DNA of 64,000 nt from Heptranchias perlo. Lineage: Eukaryota. The notes under the pieces are model-generated. The model made no database searches, was not told where the DNA came from, and worked only from the letters and a program-made list of their open reading frames with translations. How positions within the stretch are numbered: the stretch's first letter is position 1; each line of letters begins with the position of its first letter. Below, piece by piece: positions 1-12,589 of the stretch. The translations under genes and the position numbers were made by a program. The stretch covers positions 185,938,001 through 186,002,000 of the forward strand of contig NC_090325.1 in the NCBI RefSeq assembly GCF_035084215.1. Reading direction: 5' to 3'.

Positions 1-600
1 ATTTCACTGTCGACCAAGCATCCAATATGGCGGGCACATTCCGCACCAGAAGTGTGTCGCCTACCATATTGGTAAAGGCACCAGCATAGGCGTCTAGGGC
101 CCCCTTCCTGAAATTGGGTTGCCCTAAATGTGGCCGACGCCAAGTGTTTAGGATAACTATGTCTACACGCGGCCTAACCTTAAAGGAACTGCCACCAGAA
201 AGGTAAGCTTTAAGAAAAATACTTACCTGAATGTGGAGCCAGTACGAGCGCCGAAGCACAGCAATCCCGAAGTCCTATACCGGCCCTTGCTCAGCCCCCT
301 CTTGATCGCATCCTCCCTCCCTCATTGCCGATCGCTTCCCCTCCTCCCCCCCACGGCCTACGTGGCAGCCTCTGCCTGGGAGGCATTTGGCCCAACTGCA
401 CCCTCATGGAAGTGACGAGCTGCCCCTGGATGCCTGATCGACGTCTGCAACTTGCCAACAATATGCTGATTAGGCCCAAGGCCCAATTTCAGGTGAGCCG
501 TGGGCCTCCGGCTTCTGGCGTGCGCTCACACTGCGCCAACCATTGGAACGAGTTTCCACCCCTACATGTCACACACGGGCCCTAAAAATTAATATCTCCA
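1..600. mobile_element. GC/CpG-rich non-autonomous DNA-transposon-like element (probably Harbinger-type), cut by the window start
   Basis: Shares motifs (caatatggcg/ccatattg, acttacctga, C-rich tract with gatcgc repeats) with the TIR-bounded elements at 11114 and 56617. The left end is not visible. Confidence 0.4.
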
Positions 601-2924
601 GCTACAGATGTAAACTGAGCCACTACTCTCCACCCCCTGCTTTGCTACCTCCCCTTGATAGCAGTTCGGGGAGGGGGCACTGGCTATCACTTAACAATCG
701 GAACTGCCCATTAACTCTGATTTAACACATTAACTGCAAAAATTTTGAACCACTTCTATATGTCCTTTTACTTGTAAATGATCCTAGCAACCAGCTATCA
801 ATTTTATGACTCCAAATTATACTAATAACACTAAAAGATCGCTTCTTAATAAAACATAACACTGTTAAACACATTTCACCAGTAATAATATAAAATTACA
901 CTGGGTTAGCCCTGAATTTCCATCACTACCATCACCTACAAAAGGGCATAGATGGGAAAACCTTAGAGTGCAAATATAAAAAGGAATGTAAGGTGCTGTT
1001 GGTTATTTTTTGAAACAGCACATATCAGCATTTACATTATTAATGATAGCAGGCGGTCATAAAAATATTAAATCAGGTTCTGTGCTTTTCAGTCATGTAC
1101 TTGAAAAGTCATTGTGTTGACACATTACAATAGAAATTCTCCTCAGCAAAGTTCACATACAAATGTTTAATGCTCTTGTACTGCATTCTTATGTGTGCTG
1201 TTTTTACGCAGGTGTTAACCAGTTTGTTAAAAGCTGTTCATTTCAAATGGACTAATGCCCGTGTAAATATGCAGGAATGCAGTATGATGCATTAGTGATT
1301 CGCACATTAATGTCGCTGATCAGAATTCGACCCCAGTTTTGGCTGTGCCATGAATTTTATCAGGAAGCAGGTTTGTGGCAAAGATTCCTGACACAGCCCA
1401 ATCCCTAACTCAGCTGTGTCATTTGCGAGAGGCAGCGGGTATGAATTGTAGGGTGAGTCCCCCCTGAGCTGCTCACGTTTTTCCACATCTCTTAGCGGCC
1501 AGTAACAGTGGGGCATTGGCACAAACCTAGAAGAGCTTGTCTGCCTTCAGCCAGGGCGGCGTACCCCAGGCAGCTATTAATAAAGGGGGCGGCATTTGCC
1601 GTGTGGGTGCCCTGTGCAAAGGTTCCGTTTCTTCACTGGATCCGCAATTGTACGGGTTGCACAGTTCCACTGTGTATTACCTTATAGTTTGAACTGGATA
1701 ATTGTGTCGTGTGCAAGTGTGCTTCTTAAATCTCTCCAAAGGTGAGACAAGGCCAGATATGAACCTGTAAGCTGTGCAAGTACAGAGCAACAGTTATGAT
1801 CAGATTCACTTAGTTCAATCGATACAACTTGTCTTTGCATAATAATACAAAATAATTCCCTTACTTGACTTAAAATAATCCCTAAGTACTCCCTGTGTAT
1901 TCTTAAACCTTCTCACAGCCTTTGCTGGGACTGACAACTGCACAGCTATTGTGTTCGAATAAAACTTGACCAATTGCCTGTGTCTCTTGTCTCTTATCTC
2001 CTTTTGTCCACAGCCAAAGGAGATCAGAGACTTCCCAACACAGTGGGTGTGAAGTGTTTATCGATTGCCAAGACAGTGTATTGAATTGCTTCTTATTTAC
2101 GGCCTATGGGGAGACAACATCAAAGCTTGATGAATTAGCATTTTAACTATTATCGTCTCATTGCCTTTTTAGCTTGTGTGAATTCACTACGCTTTAAAAC
2201 ACATTTAAAAGTAACTCTTTTTCCAAATCCTTTCTGCAGAAAAATGGTCAAAAATCCCTTAACATGACTAATTCCTCAGACTATCTAGTGGCTGCACAAT
2301 GATAATACCACTTATGCATCATTCGTGCATAATACTAATTCATCTTACTAGATAGTACGTGGATAATCACAATCACACACTTTTAGTGCCGATTTCCTCT
2401 TTATATGCCAGTTCCCCACTATTTAGCGCTAATTGAAATATTCACTAACTGAACTGACAATGAAGTGGACTTTGTTAGTGTCGTTTCTCAGTACTACTTA
2501 TTTTCTTAAACTGAAGAGTTTGCCCAATCACCTCAGCTCAGTATGAGCGCAAAGACCTTCTCAACCAGGGATTGGATTTTGCATTGGTCTTCTGCTGCCA
2601 GTCCTTCACTGGTTCGCTCAAACTCAGCTGCGAGTTGTTAAATAAAGTGGTTGATTTGTGTTCTTGATGTACTCTTACATCCTTCTTTGGCTTCTCTTCC
2701 GACAAGAGTAAGCCACCTTTCATAATTTTGAAAATCCGATACTTTTGGAAAACTGCAAGATTGCCACACCAGATTGTGTGTTATGAAAAGTTGCAATGGG
2801 GAAATAGTGGCCTTTGTAGAATTGGGGCCCTTGATTCTTTATTTTAAATGGCAAATCAAATCTAATTGTGGTATTTGGAGGGCCAGCAGACATCTTATCT
2901 AGATAGATACACTGTGATCTACCT

Positions 2925-3090
2925 CTCTCACCTCCTTTGAGACACTCCTTAAAATCTACCAATTTGATCAAGCTTTTGATCACTTCTAATATGTGGCTCA
3001 GTGTCAAATTTTGTCTGATAATCGCTCCTGTGAAGCCCCTCAGGACATTCTACTACGTTACAGGCGCTATATAAATGCTAGTTGTTGTTG
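2925..3090 (+). mobile_element. L2-type LINE 3' end
   Basis: Ends ...gtgaagcccctcaggacattctactacgttacaggcgctatataaatgctagttgttgttg; the same tail occurs at 20678, 23610 and 51405. Confidence 0.7.
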
Positions 3091-3859
3091 CTCAATGTCT
3101 CCACATCTCATTGAGATGCTGCTGGAATATCAATCTGACCTTCACCCAGACCTATTCACAACTCTCAGGCAAAACAAAAAGGAGCCTGATTGTCAGCATG
3201 TCACTTGGCTGAGTGATGTTGGTTTTAAAATTGACTGAACTGAATGCGTTGAGCGTCAGGATTGTGTTTCACAACCTCTTCAGAACAACAAAAGGAAAAC
3301 ATAGCACGTAGAACAACAGCTGGCAAAGAATCTTGTCACTCTGAAAGGACAAGTCTGTAATCAAGACCTTGCTTAGGTAACTACACAATGTCAGCGTGGA
3401 ACTTTCCTTGCACATCCAGCCAAATATATTTTTAATAAGCTTCAATGATTTTGAACTCACAACACAATGACTACATTGCAGTGTTTCAGGAAACGCATCA
3501 CTGACTCCATGTTGACTCGAGCACTGCTCATCCCCTTGTCCTTGTTACCTTGATATGCGTTACATTCGATGACAGCTCAATACTTTTACCGTAATCACCT
3601 ATGGATTGGATTTAGTGGGCACACTGTGAGAGGGCTGCCAAAATATTTGGTAACGTAATCATAGTCTGACAGCCAGACAACCTGTAACAAGTTGCTGTGA
3701 GAAGCAGCTGGGCTGTTACCCATTGTCTAAATAGTTCACAACAACCAGTTGGCCCTCACATCAGTGATACGGAGGGTAAATCAAGAGTGAGACCTCAGCC
3801 CTGTTTCAAAGATAATGACATACGGAACAGACTGGAAATGCTTTATGATCTCTCTTTGA

Positions 3860-4050
3860 GATTTTAAGCTTCCTTTCAAATCTGGGACCTCGGTTGAAAT
3901 CCAGCCCAGAACAATTGGTTGAAAGCTTGTGAATTTAAAATAAAATTGCTGGACTATAACTTGGTGTTGTAAAATTGTTTACAATTGAAAATCTAGGCTC
4001 TGCTGCTTGAAAGGCTCCAACGTGAAATGATTTGGGCAGCCTCGATTCGG
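3860..4050 (+). mobile_element. LF-SINE-like tRNA SINE fragment, interrupted by a Penelope fragment
   Basis: ctgggacctcggttgaaatccagcccag...cgtgaaatgatttgggcagcctcgattc resembles the recalled LF-SINE head and the copies at 15085 and 34480. Confidence 0.5.
3921..3987 (+). mobile_element. Short Penelope-like pLTR/3' fragment
   Basis: gaaagcttgtgaatttaaaataaaattgctggactataacttggtgttgtaaaattgtttacaattg closely matches 31746-31812. It is flanked by ttgaaa at 3919-3924 and 3985-3990. Confidence 0.7.
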
Positions 4051-5569
4051 TTAAGATCAGCAGGGCGCCCGTATCCCTGACCTGTCTGCGTGCGTCCACC
4101 GTTACCCGGCTCGTGTGCACCCTTCCCACAACCCCCCACTCACCCCCCCCCCCCACCCCCCCCGCCAACTGCAAAAATCGAGGCCTATGATTCCCACAAG
4201 CCAGATCTATTTTCAATTCAAATTAGTAAGCCATCCTGTTTGGTTTCTGACAGAAACTTAACATCTCTCGTTAACTCCATCTCTCACTTCAGCTGCTTGC
4301 TCAATACGTGAAGTTGCAGAATTTCAGTGTCCTGCTCGAGCCTGCACTCGGCTTCAGTGCCGTTTGCCCAATATAGATGGCTGCCTGTGATGAGCATGGA
4401 CGGTGTAAGTGGTGAGAACTATATTTAACAAATCCTTTCCTGGGCAATAATATAAATCAATTCATTTTTAATTACAATATTCAATGTTTCAAAAAGCAGC
4501 TAAATGTTGGAATAAATGCTATTAGTACCCTTAGAATAAATACTATTAATATATTCTGGGCTCCAAGTAGAGGGGACCTAATAAGTCGTCTCTGCTGTTG
4601 AAATTAGATTGCATTGTTAGGGCAACGTTAGGGTTAACTAGCAGTGTCAATAGCCTCATGGTGTACCGTACATCAGCTCAGGATATGTATTACTATCATA
4701 AGATGCAAAAGGGGGTGTGCATCCCTCGCAGCCTGAATGCCATCGGCACAAAAGAATTATTATTCTGAAAAAAATATATACATATTCCGCTCTGTACCTT
4801 GTGCGGAAAATGGACGTAGCAGCCAGCATCTAAATTGCTACACCAGGCCTAGGCTGTCTGTGGGCGCATCCTTCAGCAACTAGGCCCGATACAGGCCACT
4901 GACTCCTGCTGTCACAGTTAACCTGAATTCTGATTACGTTTCTATGCCACGCGCCATTTAACTGACGGGAGCAGATCCCGCAGATTGATGATAGTGGCAG
5001 CCCTGTGCCATAGGTTTAGATTGTGCAATTCATTTGGGCAGATAAATTTCATTATTTTTTTCTGAGCGATGGGCTGATAGCGTCACAATATTAGTTTTCG
5101 GTCTTGCCGCACTGTGAGTTATTGGTGCTGTCAGGTGCCGGGGAGTTCCTCCGCATTAGGAACTCCCAGAGTAATGGGTTCTCCCGGCTGAAAGAATTCC
5201 ATGCATAAAACATAACTCATGCAGCGCCTTGCGATCCCCAGTATTTTTCAAGGAATAAAAAGTCCAATAATTGCATCCTTGAGGAGCTATTCAAAAGGAG
5301 AATTTCCTTGGAGACTTGAGTTTTCATTATGTACCTTTAATAGGTCCTTTTTTTAAAACACCTGACTTACATTTAAAAAGAAATCTGTTCTATTCTTACT
5401 GCAGTGGGGGGACTACGATTTTGATGTGAATTCTGCTGAGTCCTGCCCCTCCCCCGCTGCTTGATCTCCTGCTTTATTATCTCTCAAATGCCAGCAAGTA
5501 CATGCTACTTCATTCCCTGGTACAGAGAGTTCAGAGGCACATGTGAAACCGCCCTGTTTATACGGTGGG

Positions 5570-5855
5570 ACGACTTCCATTCCGTGACACTTTGCAGGCT
5601 ATTTGACCATGGAGGGATAATGGCCGAGCCTAATCCTGCCTTCACCCTCGGCAGGGGCTGCTGGTTGGCGGTCACGTGTGGGAACCCTGGGCAATTTTCT
5701 CCTCCCTCGCTGAAGGGGCACAGAGGCCAATTGTGCGGCCACCCTAGCTAAGATCAGCTAAGTCAGCATAGCGTAGGGGATCGGACCTAGGACCTTCCTA
5801 GTCCGTATGGCTCAGCCACGAACCATCTAAACTACCTGAGTCATCAGCAGAGATA
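5570..5855 (-). mobile_element. Old tRNA-type SINE (called family D here)
   Basis: Minus strand reads gctgagccatacggactaggaaggtcctaggtccgatcccc...agctgatcttagctagggtggc...aattggcctctgtgcccc; related copies at about 20040, 47540 and 60050. Confidence 0.5.
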
Positions 5856-6435
5856 GGAACATAGGAACAGGAGTAGGCTATTCAGCCTCTCGAGCCTGTT
5901 CCGCCATTCCATTAGGTCTTGCCTGATCTGTTAATTTACCCAATTTTGTTCCATATCCCTTGATACCCTTACAACAACAACTTGCGTTTATGTAGCACCT
6001 TTAACGTAGTAAAACGTCCCGAGGCACTTAACAAAGTTCATCTCAGTTTTGAAAATTTCAATTGACCCCCAGCATTCACAGCCTTTTGGGGGAGAGTTTT
6101 CCAGATTTCCACTGCCCTTTGTGCGAAAAAATGCTTCCTGATTTCACTCCTAAATGGCCTGGCTCTAATTTTAAGAATATGCTTCCATGTCCTGGATTCC
6201 CCCACCAGAGGAAATAGTTTCTCCATATCTACCCTATTGAATCCTTGTATCATTTCAAAGACCTCAATTAGATCTCCCCTCAACCTTCTAAACTCAAGTG
6301 AATACAAGTTAAGTTTATGCAACCTATCCCCATAATTAACGCTTTAAACCTTGCTATCATTCTGGTAAATCTGCACGACACCCCCTCCTAGGCCAATATA
6401 TACCTCCTGAGGTGTGATTCCAAAACTGAACACAA
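5856..6435 (-). mobile_element. CR1 LINE 3' fragment, interrupted by an L2 tail
   Basis: ORF 6038-6322 (LYSLEFRRLRGDLIEVF...RKHFFAQRAVEIW) is the CR1 ORF2 C-terminus; the CR1 3' UTR ends ...cctactcctgttcctatgttcctat. Confidence 0.85.
5971..6032 (-). mobile_element. L2 3' tail (~60 bp) inserted into CR1
   Basis: acaacaacaacttgcgtttatgtagcacctttaacgtagtaaaacgtcccgaggcactt is the reverse complement of the L2 tail and splits the CR1 copy. Confidence 0.7.
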
Positions 6436-6789
6436 CTAACTTCTGAACCATTTTGGAAATGTTTGAATAAACAGGTAAAGAAATATTAACATACACTAAT
6501 GTACACTGCATATGTGTACATGCAAACTAGCGCACGCAGAGTTCTTTTTAAATTTTCTCTCAGGAGTTAATCTGAACTACCAAAACAATGAAGCTGGCGC
6601 TAAGATAATGGATAGTGAAGTGTACCCAGGGCCAAACAGCATGGGCAAGAACCATGAAGGCTGCGATGTACATGTTGATTTGCCATTGCAAATTTGGAAG
6701 CAAATTTGCTTATACTGATTGAAACTTTGACTTTGAACGCACATCCGTCAATGGTGAGGTAAAGGGAGGGGATGAGGCGCAAAGGGCCA

Positions 6790-8260
6790 GAGTCAGAGGA
6801 ACAGAAGTTTCAGTGGATGAGGGTGCAGAGTAGTAAAGGAGGCGGGGGGTGGGGGGGAGTAGGATAGGAGGCCGGCCAGGAGAGCACTGGAATAGTCTAA
6901 TGTGGAGGTGACAAAGGCATGGATGAGGGTGTCAGCAGCAGATTGGGTTGAGGTAGAGGCAGAGACGGGCGATGTTATGGAGGTGGATAACTGAGGCAAG
7001 GCGTTGGAGGAGGATGGTGCGGTCGACTATTTTAAAGGCTGCAGAGAGGTCGAGAAGGATGAGGAGGGATAGTTTACCACGGTCACAGTCACGGAGGATG
7101 TCATTTGTGAAATTGATTTGGGCCGTTTCAGTGCTGTGATGGGGCAGAAACCAAATGTGAAGATTCAATCATGGAGTTGCAGGAAAAATGGGCATGGAGT
7201 TGGGAGGTGACAACAACTTCAAGGATTTTGGAGAAAAAAGGAGGATCGGTAGTTTGCAAGGACAGAGGGGTCAAGGGTGGATTTTTTGAGGATGGGGCGA
7301 TCGCAGTGGTTTTGAAAGGGAGGGGCACAGTACCGGAGAGAACCTTTCACAATATCGCTAACAGGGAGGCCAGGAAAGGAAGTTGAGTGGTCAGCAGTTT
7401 AGTGGGAATAGAGTTAAGGGAGCAGGAGGTGGGTCTTGTGGACAAGATGAGCTTGGAGTGGGCATTAGGGGAGACAGGAAACTAGAGAAGGACCCAGGAT
7501 CAGGGCTAGGGCAAGGTAAAGCCTGGGGAGAAGTTTGGCTTGGTGGATAAGGGGAGGAGAGGTGAGAGGGGAAGAAGAAGCAGAAGCAGCTGAACAGATG
7601 GTCCCAACCTTCGTCACAAAGTCCATGAGCTCCTCACACTAGTTGTCTGAGGTGAGAGTGGAGGAGCCAGGGGAGAGAAGTTTAAGGAGATGGTTTTCTT
7701 TGCTCTCCAAGATGATCATGGAGTAGTGGGTGGTTCTGGAAGAGGGGAGTGAGGCCCGATGACGCTTGGTGTGGTCCAGCCAGATCTGGTGATGGATGGC
7801 TAATCCATTTGTGTACCAGAATCCTTAGCAGGTCATCTGTAATGACCCCCGACTCATCTTGGGGCTGCGGCGATGTTAGAGGAGCAAGTGGAAGTCTCAC
7901 CAGAACAAAGCCACTGGAAGGAAAATCCCACAGGTGAATGCAAATTTAAAATGGGCTTTAATGCTGGGCGAGGGAGTGGAAAAAAGTGGACAGAGGTTTC
8001 CCACTCCTGATTCTGATTAGTAACAACTGCTGTAAGGTGCAATGAGTGGACGTCCAACAAGAATAGAATTAGGTTTGGCTTGATCCCCCCCTCCCCCCTT
8101 GGTAGAATAGTCTGATGACAATGACTGTTTAGATTACATATGGATAGGATAGCAAGGGGCAGCCGTCGTAGATAAAATCAGACCACAACCAGAGTCAGTG
8201 CCTACAGGATTGGAGGGGACAAAACGGAAGGGCAAGGAGGGGCTGAAAAACCACTGCACT
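6790..8260 (-). mobile_element. Degenerate L2-clade LINE (endonuclease/RT remnants)
   Basis: Minus-strand peptides HHSTETA...DILRDCDRGKLSLLILLDLSAAF and ADTLIHAFVTSTLDYSSALLAGL are L2 ORF2 motifs; many frameshifts. Confidence 0.8.
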
Positions 8261-9298
8261 ATTATCAAAGATGATGTGTCTGGCTGAAATCAGCTGTCAC
8301 CATTTTGAGGAAAGAAAATTTCTTGAGGAAAAACAATCAATATTAATTTTAAAAGCAAAAGTGCCTCCTGAACACCACAATAAAGCAAGAGTTTTCCATC
8401 TCTGTCATGTAATATCTGTTTTAATTAGGAATCACACAACTATGATGGAGTCAGTAATTTGATGCGTGGCAAAAATCAATAAGGGATTTGAATTAGTATT
8501 CGCAAGAGGTTTGTCCATAAAGGTCAAGTCTAGAAACGTAGAAAGAGGGATAGACATGAAATTTTTTTTAGAAAAATGTCAGTTATATCTGAGCTTTGTG
8601 TTAGATTCAGTATATCCTGACATTTTAATTAATATTCTTTATATTATATCAATTTGTTCCACTTAAAGCTGGGCAATAGATCATGCCTACCCATTCCTAT
8701 CTCTATCTGCTTGCAATGTGTAATTAGTAAATCTGAGATAACACACTAATTAGCACCATGCTATTTACTGGTGTAAAGCTACTGTACAACATCCCAGGGA
8801 AAAAAAAGGATTCTCTTAAAGGACTATTCGAAAGGACTTTAACACCATTGCAGATGAAACATGAACATGATCCATCATCAAATTAGCAAAAGCTCAAAAC
8901 CATTTCTAATTTTGACTGCGCATTGCATGTTCAAGAGAGAGAAAGGCATAGATTGAAAAGGGACAATGCAGGACAACAATTAATGACTATCCCAGTCAAT
9001 TAATCATAGCCTCGAATCAATCACTGGTAAACGGTGTAAAGGAAAAATAGCACGGGTGAAAAAAAAGCACAACTGGATTCTCCCCACCACACTGAATGTG
9101 AAGACTGCACTGTAAACTGGCAATTCTATGGTTTATTTTAGAATGAGAAGGACTGTTTTCGTTCAGAAGCGCTGCAAGCATGAAAAAAGAAAATGTTCAG
9201 GAATTTTCACAACCGCGCTTTAAAATCTGCATTTCATGGCTTAACAATCTGCCTATTCCGCGTGATCTGAACATGCAAATAAAAGGCAGCCTTTCCCA

Positions 9299-11105
9299 GT
9301 CGCCAAAAAAGAGTAGTAATCCTGAGGATTGGGAGGGTTTTAGAAATCAGCAAAGGATGACCAAGAAATTGATAAAGAGGGAGAAAATTGAATAGGAGGG
9401 TAAACTAGCAAGAAATATAAAAACAGATTTTAAGAGTTTCCACAAGTATCTAAAAAGGAAGAGATTAGTGAAAGTAAATGTGGGTCCCTTAGAGGCAGAG
9501 ACTGGAGAAATTATAATGTGGAATAAGGAAATGGCAGAGACATTAAACAAATATCTTGCAACTGTCTTCACAGTAGAAGACACAAAAAACATACCAGAAA
9601 TAGTGGGGAACCAAGCGGCTAATGAGATGGAGGAACTTAAAGTGATTAAGATTAGTAAATAAAAAGTATTAGAGAAATTAATGGGACCAAAAGCTGACAA
9701 ATCCCCTGGACCTGATGGCCTACATCCTCGGGTTTTAAAAGAGGTGGTTGCAGAGATAGTGGATTTGATGTTCTAGAATTCTCTAGATTCTAGAATAGTC
9801 CCCGTGGATTGGAAGATAGCAAATGTAACCCCGCTATTCAAGAAAGGAGGGAGAGAGAAAACAGGGAACTATAGGCCAATTAGCCTGTTTTGAGGGTGTA
9901 ACTAGCAGGGTAGATAAAGGGGAACTAATGGATGTCGTATATTTAGATTTTCAAAAGGCATTCAATAAGGTGCCACACAAGAAGTTGTTACACAAGATTG
10001 AGGCTCATGGGATTGGGATTAATATATTAGCATGAATTGAGGATTGGTTAACGGACAGAAAACAGAGAGTAGGAATAAACGGGTCATTTTCAGGTTGGCA
10101 GGTTGTAACTAGTGGGGTGCCGCAAGGATCAGTGCTTGGGCCTCAACTATTTACAATCTATATCAATGACTTAGATGAAGGGACCGAATGTAATGTATTC
10201 AAGTCTGCTGATGATACAAAGCTAGGTGGGAAAGTAAGCTGAGAGGAGGATGCAAAGAGTATGCAAAGGGATATAGACAGGTTAAGTGAGTGGGCAAAAA
10301 GGTGGCAGATGGAGTATAATGTGGGGCAATGTGAGATTATTCACTTTGGTAGGAAAAATAGAAAAATGGAATATTTTTTAAATGGTGAGAAACTATTAAA
10401 TGTTGGTGTTCAGAGGGATTTGGGTGTCCTTGTATATGAAACACAGAAAGTTAACATGCAGGTACAGCAAGCAATTAGGCCTTTATTGCAAGGGAGTTGG
10501 TATACACGAGTAAGGAATTCTTGCTGCAATTGTATACGGCTTTGGTGAGACCACACTTGGAGTACTGTGTACAGTTTTGGTATCCTTACCTAAGGAAGGA
10601 TATACTTGCTTTAGAGGCGGTGCAACAAAGGTTCACTAGATTGATTCGTGGGACGAGACGGTTGTGCTATGAGGAAAGATTGAGTAGAATGGGTCTATGC
10701 TGTCTGGAGTTTAGAAAAATGAGAAGTGATCTCATTGAAACATATAAGATTCTAAGAGGGCTTGACATGACTGATGCTGAGAGGCTGTTTCCCCTGGCTC
10801 GAGAGTCTAGAACTAGAGGGCATAGTCGCAGGATAAGGGGTCGGCCATTTAGAACTGAGATGAGGAGGGATTTCTTCACTCAGAGGATCGTGAATATTTG
10901 GAATTCTGAGTGGTGTATTATGTTGAGTATATTCAAGACTGAGATCGATAGATATTTGGACACTAAGGGAATCAAGGGATGTGGGAATCGGGCAGGAAAG
11001 TGGAGTTAAGGTTGAAGATCAGCCATGATCTGATTGAATGGCGGAGCAGGCTCGAGGGGCCGTCTGGCCTACTCCTGCTCTTATTTCTTATTCTTATGTT
11101 GTTAT
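9299..11105 (+). mobile_element. CR1 LINE, 5'-truncated and decayed, with internal deletions
   Basis: Fragments include [31 protein letters not shown] and LVRPHLEYCVQFW. Stops and frameshifts present, a deletion near 9887, and a 3' tail ...tttcttattcttatg. Confidence 0.9.
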
Positions 11106-11113
11106 GTTTTATG

Positions 11114-11837
11114 GGGCATGACTTTAGCCTGGAAAAACGGGTGGGTTGGGGGCGGGGGGAGTCGCAATTGCAAAAATCTAAAACCCGCCCCTAACCCACC
11201 CATTTCCAGTTTTCACGGTGGGGGGGGGGGTGGTGGCGGAACGAGGGGTGGGCAACCAACCCGCTCTCAGGAGGCGGGTCGGGCATTAAAAGCTTTTAAC
11301 GAGGCTGTGGGCCTCCATTTTCAAAGCTTTTTTGATTTTAGCCCCTGGGGGCTGGGATTCCCAGGCTTTCTACTTCACGGAATGGGAGAGGAGGCGAGAA
11401 GGCCCGAAACTGCAGGTTAGTGCCTTTACAGCACAGCTTGTGGGCCCGGAGGAGCAGAAGTACTTCCCCCAGGCCCAACAAGGCTACCTGCAGCAACACC
11501 CCCCCACGATCTCCAACCCCGCGATGGCCACTGACCCCCTGATGACTGACCCACCGATGACTGACCCCACCGATGACTGACGCCCCACCCTCATGACCCC
11601 CGATTACCCCCCCATCCAACACTTACCTGATCACGTCCCTTCCTTCCTCTTCTCCCGTCCAACTGAGAGCTAGCCTGTCAATCAGGCTGGCGTGTCGGGC
11701 AGAAAACCGGGAAAAAAAATGACTTCCTTAAGTCAAAATCATAAGGATGTCCGGGAAACCCGTACTTCCAGGTTTGCCATCAGGAATTCAATCCCTCCCC
11801 ACTGCCCCCTTCCCAGCTCCTGGCTGAAATCATGCCC
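11114..11837. mobile_element. Non-autonomous PIF/Harbinger-type DNA transposon
   Basis: 16-bp TIRs gggcatgactttagcc / ggctgaaatcatgccc (2 mismatches) and a 3-bp TSD ATG at 11111-11113 and 11838-11840. Confidence 0.75.
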
Positions 11838-12589
11838 ATGTTCTTCTGTCCTCCATTCTCCCAATAAACAAAATGAAAGGTTGATGATTTGTATTTTAAA
11901 AAGGCAGATAGTGCTAGACATTATAAAGTCTTGCAGATGTGGGTGCTGCACTGAGGTTATCTCAATTCCTGACCTCGGCGGTGGGGGAATAATTGCTGCA
12001 GTAAATCAACTTGCATTGCCCATTAGCACCTCCTGGTGACTGGTTGTCGGCAACAATTCACAGAGGCCTGGGACTATCTGGAGCTGTCTGCCCTTTCAGT
12101 TGGGGAGTGAGGTACACCTCACCGGGAAAACATGAGGAGGCTGTGAAAAAAAGGTCATGGGTAACATTTTCAGGCAACATGTTAATGGTATAAATCTAGG
12201 ACAATGAACACTAGTCAGGGTACATTGCTGCTCTCATTTTTGCTAGTAGTGACTTATGGAAGCCCAGCAGACAAATTAAGCATGGGCGTAAATTTTTGTC
12301 TTCACTATCTGGGTGGTAGTCTAGCGGAGCAGAGACTCTGAGCCCCAAAAGGCCGTGAAGAAACTGGCACAGGCCCGGCAATCGGTGTATCCATGTCTCG
12401 GCCTAGTTTCCATCAGCTCTGGCAGACTCCTGCCAAAATTACAGCGGATGTACACTGGACTGGACCAATTTTCGTACAAATATATATAAGTTGCTGTTGT
12501 TGTATTTAAGTAATCTGCACCTTTAATAAATGACCACTAGCTACTGCATAAAACAGATAATTGTGCTACATGGTTGAGCTCAGGTCTAT

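Noticed and set aside
5141-5167. Perfect 10-bp hairpin gggagttcct/aggaactccc as a terminator or miRNA
   Set aside because: It is too short for a pre-miRNA and bacterial terminators do not apply here; it is probably a remnant of an old MITE.
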